NCBI GenBank assembly: GCA_017469445.1
Contig: JAFUGK010000014.1
Location: 160,229 to 224,228, forward strand
Source of the DNA: Clostridia bacterium
GTDB taxonomy: Bacteria; Bacillota; Clostridia; TANB77; CAG-508
DNA length: 64,000 bases
Reading direction: 5' to 3'
Part shown: positions 57,514 to 64,000 of the stretch, one piece after another
Layout: the number at the start of each line of letters is the position of its first letter
Position numbering within the stretch: the first letter of the stretch is position 1
Program-made: the position numbers and the translations under genes
The notes under the pieces: generated by a model
Told to the model about the DNA's origin: nothing
Seen by the model: only the letters and a program-made list of their open reading frames with translations
Database searches by the model: none

Positions 57514-58365
57514 TTATTTCACCTTCTCTAATGTTATTCTTCCTAATTTTCCTGTTCTAAAATCTTCTAGTATTATTCTTGCTGTTTTTTCTAAATCTAC
57601 TTTTCCACCAGATACTAATGCTCCTCTTTTTTGTCCAATCAATTCCATCAGTTCTGCTATATTGTTGTTAATATCACTTTCATTTAGATTATATCTATCT
57701 ATTAAATCTTGTTTATAAGCTGTGCTTAATTTTTTAAGCAATTCATACACTACTTCTGTTCTTTCTATCACATCATCTTTGATTGTTCCTGTAAAAGCTA
57801 GGTTTAAAGCTATCTCATCATTTTGAAACTTTGGCCACAATACACCTGGCGTATCTAACATTTCTATTTGCTTGTCTAATTTAATCCATTGTTTTTGAAC
57901 TGTAACTCCAGGTTTATTTCCAACCTTAGCAGATATTTTTTTAGTTGCTCTATTTATATATGAAGACTTACCCACATTAGGAATTCCTATAATCATTATT
58001 CTAATACTCTTTCCTATCTTACCTTTAGCTGCTTCCTGCTCTAATTTTTCCTTCATTATATCTTTAATTGCTTTAATAGATAAATCTATCCCTTTACCAG
58101 AATTTGCATCTACAATAACTGCAGTTACATTATTCTTTTTATAGTAATCTACCCATTTTTTAGTATCATTCTCTTGTGCTAAATCACTTTTATTTAATAA
58201 TACAATTCTTTTTTTATTTTTTATTATATTATCTAAATCAGGATTATGGCTAGATATAGGAATTCGTGCATCTAAAACTTCTACCACTACATCTATTAAT
58301 TTTAAATTCTCTATAATCTCTCTTTTGGTTTTTGCCATATGTCCCGGGAAATAATTCGCTATCAT
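57514..58365 (-). CDS. rbgA: Ribosome biogenesis GTPase A (YlqF/RbgA)
   Basis: This is a circularly permuted GTPase with FPGHMAKT, LNKSDL, GIPNVGKSS and DTPG. Confidence 0.9.
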   Translation of the reverse strand: MIANYFPGHMAKTKREIIENLKLIDVVVEVLDARIPISSHNPDLDNIIKNKKRIVLLNKSDLAQENDTKKWVDYYKKNNVTAVIVDANSGKGIDLSIKAIKDIMKEKLEQEAAKGKIGKSIRIMIIGIPNVGKSSYINRATKKISAKVGNKPGVTVQKQWIKLDKQIEMLDTPGVLWPKFQNDEIALNLAFTGTIKDDVIERTEVVYELLKKLSTAYKQDLIDRYNLNESDINNNIAELMELIGQKRGALVSGGKVDLEKTARIILEDFRTGKLGRITLEKVK

Positions 58366-58399
58366 TTTTTCACTTCCTTACACCCCTATATTTTAGCAT

Positions 58400-58430
58400 A
58401 AAAGCAAGTAATTATCAATTACTTGCTTTT
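58400..58430 (-). terminator. Terminator after CDS 58437-58904
   Basis: aaaagcaagtaatt atc aattacttgctttt perfect 14-bp stem. Confidence 0.7.
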
Positions 58431-58436
58431 AATCGA

Positions 58437-58904
58437 CTATAGTCTATATTGATTCTTATCAGCCCTCTCATCCAATTCCCTATCATATTTCTTATTCTTG
58501 TAAAACCAAAATGTGTCTTTATTATCTTTTCCTTCATGTCTGTCCTTATTTAAAGCTAAATCTAATAAAATTGCTACTGCTAATATAAGTGCAACCATAG
58601 CTACAAATAAATCTGGTACAGAATCAATTGTTATATTACTTCCTGATTCAGAAATAAATTTATATGCATATGTACCAAAATAATATATATTAGTAGCAGC
58701 ATATATTATTCCACCAATTAGGCTTCTTTTTACAATAAGTAATATTGCAAAAAAAGTTACAAACAATGATATCATTTCTACTGTTAAATCTATTGGTTTT
58801 ATAGGAAAATTTAATTCCATGCTACTTGCAAATGCTACAATTAATCTAAAAGCCCAAAACATTATTATAAATATTGTTATGAGCCAACTACTCATTTTCT
58901 TCAT
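58437..58904 (-). CDS. Integral membrane protein (4 TM), unknown function
   Basis: 155 aa with four hydrophobic helices and a basic C-terminal tail. Confidence 0.5.
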   Translation of the reverse strand: MKKMSSWLITIFIIMFWAFRLIVAFASSMELNFPIKPIDLTVEMISLFVTFFAILLIVKRSLIGGIIYAATNIYYFGTYAYKFISESGSNITIDSVPDLFVAMVALILAVAILLDLALNKDRHEGKDNKDTFWFYKNKKYDRELDERADKNQYRL

Positions 58905-58931
58905 TTTTTATAACATCCCTTTTAACTAATA

Positions 58932-59249
58932 TTATTCTTCTGAAAAATTAAATTCATCTTTAAATTTTTCTTTAAACTTTTCAAATACTTTATTTAATAC
59001 TTCTTCATCATCTACACTAACATATGATTCTTCATCTTCAGATTCAGTATCATCAACTTTTAGTATTACAACTTCTCCTTCTTCTTCCTCACTTTCCTCT
59101 GTTGGTAATAATACTACATATTCTTCTGAATCTAATTCAACTAAATCTAAAAATTCAAATTTTACCTCATTTCCATTTTCATCATTTAATATAACAATAT
59201 TGTCTAATTCCTCTCCATTTTCTTGGATATTATTTCCTTCTTCGTTCAT
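58932..59249 (-). CDS. DUF1292-family acidic protein
   Basis: 105 aa with IVILNDENGNEVKFEFLDLVELDSEEYVVLLP. The position after ruvX is conserved. Confidence 0.75.
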   Translation of the reverse strand: MNEEGNNIQENGEELDNIVILNDENGNEVKFEFLDLVELDSEEYVVLLPTEESEEEEGEVVILKVDDTESEDEESYVSVDDEEVLNKVFEKFKEKFKDEFNFSEE

Positions 59250-59294
59250 TATTTATTTTCTCCTTTCAAATATATATTACTAAATGTTAATAAC

Positions 59295-59711
59295 TTATTT
59301 AATACTACCTATATAGGTTTCAAGTATGTATACTGCAGATATAGTGTCTACTAAATTTTTTTTCTTTTTTTTATCTATGTCCAGGTAATTCATTGTTTTA
59401 TGTGCCTCTACAGTAGTTAATCTTTCATCAACTGTTTTTACATCAATCTTTCCTAATCTAGATTTTAGCTTATGAATAAATTTTTCAGTAACTTCTACTC
59501 TTTCTGCTTTAGTTCCATTCATGTTTAAAGGCATTCCAACAACAATTATTTTTACTTCATATTCTTGTACAATTTCTTCTATTCTTTTAAGTAAGATTTT
59601 ATCATTCCCATTATAATTAATTGTTTCCATCCCTTGTGCAGTAATACATAATGGATCTGTTATTGCTATACCAACTCTACTATCTCCATAGTCTATACCT
59701 AATATTCTCAT
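59295..59711 (-). CDS. ruvX: Putative pre-16S rRNA nuclease / Holliday-junction resolvase-like YqgF
   Basis: MRILGIDYGDSRVGIAITD, VVGMPLNMNG and DERLTT are present. Confidence 0.9.
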   Translation of the reverse strand: MRILGIDYGDSRVGIAITDPLCITAQGMETINYNGNDKILLKRIEEIVQEYEVKIIVVGMPLNMNGTKAERVEVTEKFIHKLKSRLGKIDVKTVDERLTTVEAHKTMNYLDIDKKKKKNLVDTISAVYILETYIGSIK

Positions 59712-59721
59712 GAAAATACCT

Positions 59722-59976
59722 CTAATCTTCTATACCTATATAGTATTTCACTAATTTTTCTAATAATTCATCTCTTTCTAAAGTTCTAATCTTTTGTCTT
59801 GCTTCATTATGGTTTGTTATATATGTTGGGTCTCCTGATAAAATATATCCTACTATTTGGTTAATTGAATTATACCCCTTTTCTTGCAATGCATCATATA
59901 CCTCTTTTAGTAGTATTTGTGTTTTTGAATCCTTATTTTTTTCGATTTTAAAACTCATTGTCTCATCAAAAGACAT
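59722..59976 (-). CDS. ireB: IreB-family regulatory phosphoprotein (UPF0297)
   Basis: 84 aa with [29 protein letters not shown]. It lies immediately upstream of ruvX. Confidence 0.85.
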   Translation of the reverse strand: MSFDETMSFKIEKNKDSKTQILLKEVYDALQEKGYNSINQIVGYILSGDPTYITNHNEARQKIRTLERDELLEKLVKYYIGIED

Positions 59977-59991
59977 TGTATAACCTCCATT

Positions 59992-61104
59992 CTAAATATA
60001 ATTTATTTTATTTTCATTAGGATCTGCATTATCTAAATATTCTTCTAACTTTTTGGTTATTCCATCTAATGCAGTTCCTTTATAATATGTAGAAAGAACA
60101 CAATTTATTTTAGGTGTAGCTACTTCTTCAGGTGTTTTCTTTTTGGTTTTTTTCTTGGTCGTAGCCACTTCAACTTTTGGTACTTTTATATTCTCTACAT
60201 ATTTTTTTACATCTTTTACAAATGGTATTACAGAATCTTGCTCTACTCCAGTAAATACTATTACAAATTTAGGCCCCATGTACCTAACAAATACATAGTT
60301 TTTAGATAAACTTGGTATAATTGCTCTACTTACCTCTGTAACAATCTTATTTCCTGTTTTTCGTCCATACACATCATTTATTTCAGGTAAATTTGTAATT
60401 TTGAACATCATTACTGTTGAAATAACATGTCTATCTATTATTTTTTTGCCTTTTCCATATAAATATTCAGCAGACTGTAAATTTGTAAACAAATCTGTTC
60501 TATTAATATTTTCCATTGTACTTTGATAATTTACTGTTTTTAATATTGCAACTATATTGTCTTTTACTACATCTAAAATAGCTGTATCTAAATCGTCAAA
60601 AGCATGTTTTTCGCCACTTTCAATTAGCCAATATCCAATATATACACTGTCGATGTATAATGGAAAAAACATTGCAGACTTAGCTCTACCAAATTCTGAT
60701 TTTTGGTAAGACAATTTTTCATCATCACTGTCTATTGTTATATATTTAGGTGTTGCATTTGCTATACTATTTTTAAAGACATCTTCTGTGTGCATATTTT
60801 TTAATGTTTCAAAATGCTTTTCATCAACATTAGTTGCTTTAATAGCATACTCAGCTCCGTCAAACGCTATTATGCTAGAATACTTAATATTAAATCTTTC
60901 TAGCAATATTTCGTTTACTCTCTTAATTTTATCTTCAACAGATGTTTCTTCTCCAACAGCATTCATAAAATCTTGTAAAACATTTAAACTATTTATTTTT
61001 TGATTTATGCCAGTAAAAGTCTTAACTTTATTGTGTATAGACATATTGTATACCATTAAGGCAATTACTACTCCTACCAGTATTAGTATTACTAATAAAG
61101 CCAA
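59992..61104 (-). CDS. Membrane-anchored sensor protein with a GAF-like region and a degenerate GGDEF domain
   Basis: 370 aa. The GGDEF-fold cues are TDLFTNLQSAEYL and INDVYGRKTGNKIV, but the active-site position reads RYMGPKFVIVF instead of GGDEF. Confidence 0.5.
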   Translation of the reverse strand: MALLVILILVGVVIALMVYNMSIHNKVKTFTGINQKINSLNVLQDFMNAVGEETSVEDKIKRVNEILLERFNIKYSSIIAFDGAEYAIKATNVDEKHFETLKNMHTEDVFKNSIANATPKYITIDSDDEKLSYQKSEFGRAKSAMFFPLYIDSVYIGYWLIESGEKHAFDDLDTAILDVVKDNIVAILKTVNYQSTMENINRTDLFTNLQSAEYLYGKGKKIIDRHVISTVMMFKITNLPEINDVYGRKTGNKIVTEVSRAIIPSLSKNYVFVRYMGPKFVIVFTGVEQDSVIPFVKDVKKYVENIKVPKVEVATTKKKTKKKTPEEVATPKINCVLSTYYKGTALDGITKKLEEYLDNADPNENKINYI

Positions 61105-61127
61105 CTCTTATTTCACCTCTTTTATGT

Positions 61128-63518
61128 TTAATTACCAAAGAAATTTCTTCCTTTATTTGCTTTACTATAATCTACTCCACTTCCATTATATCCATAACTT
61201 TGCTTATTTAATAATGGATATACCATGTCTGCCAAGTTTTTCAAATTAGACATAAACACTTTTGTATAACCTTTTGTTGAAATTTCACAATCTACTAATT
61301 CTTCCAAATATCTTGAATAATTCTCTATTTCAAAAGGTATTGTACAATATTTAACCTTATCCTTATCAAATAGTTCTGTCATAAAAGTCATAGCAGGTTC
61401 ATTATAATATGCCATACCTCCAATTAGAACTTTTGGAGACAAGCTTTTTACCCTTAATTCTTTATTTATAACAATTCTTAATTTTTGTGAATCTAGTACA
61501 TGTTTAGATTTTAAATCTCGTAAAAAGGCTGTTAATGGTTGTATTGTTAAAATATCCATACTCTGCACTAAATATATTTCCTGTGCTAATTGGAAATATT
61601 TAGCTGGAGTATCGAAATCAGCATCTATTAATACCAACGAATGTCTTGTTGCAAGTGTTTGAAGAATCATATTTACATCTTCATCTGACTCCTCTACATT
61701 TGTAGGAAGTGCGGTGTAAACTGTTAGTGTTCTAGTGGCAGGTATTCCTTGAGCCACTCCATTTTTTAATTTTTTCATACATTCATATGATATTTTTCTT
61801 AAACTTTCTTCATTTTTTGTATAGATATAATAAGCATTTTTATTTTTTGTTAAATCTAATATTGCTGTATCAATTCCTGATTCTGAAAGCATTGCCGCTA
61901 AATTATTAACTAAAAATGATGTTCCATTTTTTGGTGCTCCAACAAAAGCAACAATTTTTTTATCATTAGTTAATAAATTTGATAAATTTTCTACTTGTGG
62001 CTGTTTATTGGTTGTTAAGAAATAGTCTTCTTCTTCATTCTCATATGAATTAACTGCTTTTTTAGGTTCTTCATCTGAATCTTCAATTTCATCTATAATA
62101 TTTTCGCTTTCTTCATCATCAGATAAATTGAATAGATCTACCGCATCATCATTATCTTCTTTTTCATTTTCTTCATCTGACAATTCAAATAAATCCACTG
62201 GTTCATCTTCTTCATTAGAATCATCATTTGATAAATTAAACAAATCTTCTGGTTCTTCTTGTTCTGTAGTTTCAACTTGTTTCTTAGGTCTACCTCTTCG
62301 TTTTGGTGTTGCCTTTTTACGTTCAAGCTCTGCCTGTTCTTCTTCAGTTAATACTTTTTTTGGTCTTCCTCTTCGTTTCTTTGGAGCTTCTTCTATTTCT
62401 GGAATATCGTTTAGTTCTTCTTGATCATTTAGCTTATTCATTACTTCATTTTCATCTTCATCTGATAAATCAAATAAATCTATTGGTTGTTCTTCATTTT
62501 CTTCTTTATTTTCGTCCGGTATATTGAATTTTAAATCTGTTTCTTCTTCACTATCGATATCTTCATTCATCTGTTTTACATTTCTACTATCAAATGCATT
62601 TGGAACTATAAAATTCTTTCCAACATTTTCTTCTGCCTTTGGTGTATCTAATATATCAAGATTTATATCTTCAACATTTGGCTCTTTCTCTTTTTTAGGT
62701 TTTGCTTTAAATCCTTTTTCCTTTTTCTCTTTTTTAGTTTTTTCCTTTTCTTCAGGCATATTATCTAAAGGAGTATAAGCATTTCTTGGATTCATAGAAA
62801 CAGCTGCCTTTTTCTTTCCAGATGTAAATGTCATAAGCTCTTGATACTTAGGAGATTCTGCTTCCAAAACAGCTTTTACATTTAAAGGTAAGAACTTAAT
62901 TATTACCTTTAATTGTTGATCTGTATACTGTGAAGCAATATTATTAAAGCTATCTACATACCTATCTTCATTTTTCCCTAATTTTTTATAATGAGTTATA
63001 ATATTCTGAATTTCAACTTCATTTACGTTTTCTTCGTTTTCTGCTTGATAACTTGCATCCTCTGCCTCTATTTTATAATAAACCTTTGCATCTTTTTTTG
63101 TTCTAGGTTTATTTATTAATCTACATACTTCTTCTATATTTCTATCTGGACCAATAATTGCATTATACACGCCTATACTAAATAACTTTAATAAAATTGA
63201 ATCACCTTTAGCTCTTCTATCTGTTGAAATTAAAATTATTGGTATATCTGTTCCTTCTACATCTGAAGATTCATCACTAATACTATCTAATTTTTCAAAT
63301 AAAAACCTATCTATTGTATCATAATTATTATTAGCAAATGGCTCTAAATCTTCGCTTATAACAATTCTGTTATATGATTTATCCTTTTGTATTTCTTTTA
63401 AAATTGCATTAAAGTAATAAACATTTTTATAAGATATTATTTCTTTATAATCTTTTTGATACTGCTTAACAATAGCTTCCGAAACACTCTCATTACTTAC
63501 TGCAAATAAAACTTTCAT
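61128..63518 (-). CDS. Receiver-like + acidic/AT-hook linker + ParA/MinD/CpaE-like ATPase-domain protein
   Basis: 796 aa. The N-terminal receiver-like fold reads MKVLFAVSNES...IVISEDL...IILIST. The C-terminal deviant Walker A is IVAFVGAPKNGTSFLVNNLA, with LVLIDADFD. The central region has two RRGRPKK AT-hooks and four DLFxLSDxE motifs. Confidence 0.55.
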   Translation of the reverse strand: MKVLFAVSNESVSEAIVKQYQKDYKEIISYKNVYYFNAILKEIQKDKSYNRIVISEDLEPFANNNYDTIDRFLFEKLDSISDESSDVEGTDIPIILISTDRRAKGDSILLKLFSIGVYNAIIGPDRNIEEVCRLINKPRTKKDAKVYYKIEAEDASYQAENEENVNEVEIQNIITHYKKLGKNEDRYVDSFNNIASQYTDQQLKVIIKFLPLNVKAVLEAESPKYQELMTFTSGKKKAAVSMNPRNAYTPLDNMPEEKEKTKKEKKEKGFKAKPKKEKEPNVEDINLDILDTPKAEENVGKNFIVPNAFDSRNVKQMNEDIDSEEETDLKFNIPDENKEENEEQPIDLFDLSDEDENEVMNKLNDQEELNDIPEIEEAPKKRRGRPKKVLTEEEQAELERKKATPKRRGRPKKQVETTEQEEPEDLFNLSNDDSNEEDEPVDLFELSDEENEKEDNDDAVDLFNLSDDEESENIIDEIEDSDEEPKKAVNSYENEEEDYFLTTNKQPQVENLSNLLTNDKKIVAFVGAPKNGTSFLVNNLAAMLSESGIDTAILDLTKNKNAYYIYTKNEESLRKISYECMKKLKNGVAQGIPATRTLTVYTALPTNVEESDEDVNMILQTLATRHSLVLIDADFDTPAKYFQLAQEIYLVQSMDILTIQPLTAFLRDLKSKHVLDSQKLRIVINKELRVKSLSPKVLIGGMAYYNEPAMTFMTELFDKDKVKYCTIPFEIENYSRYLEELVDCEISTKGYTKVFMSNLKNLADMVYPLLNKQSYGYNGSGVDYSKANKGRNFFGN

Positions 63519-63521
63519 TCG

Positions 63522-63947
63522 TTAACCCCTCCAACCTTTTACTACTATTGCAAATATAAGTGGCAATACTTGGCATATTATAAGAATAGTTACAAAAGCA
63601 ATTAATAAGCTAAAGCCTTTATCTCTAACATCTAATTTTCTTATTCCTATTACATATTGATATATTGCTCCTATTGCAATTCCTACAAAGCAAAATGGTA
63701 TACTATAAATTCTTACTTTATTTAAAATATACGCTGTAAATCCATATGTCTCTGAGCCATATCTATCTGTATAATCTTGTAATTCTTGTGATGCTTTATC
63801 TTTCATGCTTGTTAATTCACCATTTTGATTTGCTGATAATACATTTGTACTATTATCGGCTGTAGCAAATATTGGTTGTGGTAAAAAAGCCATACCAATT
63901 ACTAGAACAGCAAATATAATAATGCAGCCTACTAGCACTTTTTTCAT
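63522..63947 (-). CDS. Small secreted/membrane protein (signal peptide + 2 C-terminal TM helices)
   Basis: 141 aa with the signal-like N-terminus MKKVLVGCIIIFAVLVIGMAF and two C-terminal hydrophobic helices. It is translationally coupled (3-nt gap) to the downstream 796-aa gene. Confidence 0.45.
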   Translation of the reverse strand: MKKVLVGCIIIFAVLVIGMAFLPQPIFATADNSTNVLSANQNGELTSMKDKASQELQDYTDRYGSETYGFTAYILNKVRIYSIPFCFVGIAIGAIYQYVIGIRKLDVRDKGFSLLIAFVTILIICQVLPLIFAIVVKGWRG

Positions 63948-64000
63948 AGTATTCCTCCTCTTTTTATTCCATTATTTTCTATATTTTTATACTATATATC

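Overview
This is a very AT-rich, low-GC Firmicutes-type (Clostridia-like) chromosomal segment. About 60 genes lie on the minus strand and only three on the plus strand (an SH3/CAP protein, mutS2, mgtA). The core content is housekeeping: relA (partial), recJ, rseP (apparently frameshifted), cdsA, uppS, frr, pyrH, thrS with a T-box leader, gpmA, a Zur-type zinc ABC transporter, tRNA-Leu(CAA), tsf, rpsB, comFC, recD2, the full F1Fo ATP synthase operon (atpBEFHAGDC), tyrS, lepA, mutS2, mgtA, tRNA-Glu(CUC), mrnC, rbgA, ruvX and ireB. Several accessory or unusual pieces are interleaved. (1) A pilin-anchored FGE/C-lectin-fold protein has a C-terminus that looks like a diversity-generating-retroelement variable region, yet I found no RT or template repeat in the window. 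It sits in a 1.8 kb cassette bounded by perfect 22-bp direct repeats and lies next to a soluble KAP P-loop NTPase. (2) Three families of structured intergenic repeats are present: P1 (GGGGACA hairpin), P2 (long GGGACACCTACC palindromes) and P3 (a GC-rich two-stem element with compensatory changes). (3) A higher-GC islet of three small genes, each with its own promoter and terminator, lies between pyrH and thrS. (4) A putative amidoligase island lies next to tRNA-Glu and has an apparent homopolymer frameshift. (5) A receiver/ParA-like protein carries two AT-hooks and four acidic DLFxLSDxE motifs. All protein-family calls come from motif recognition by eye, and small-element coordinates are hand-counted (expect errors of 1-3 nt). 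No database search or folding calculation was run.
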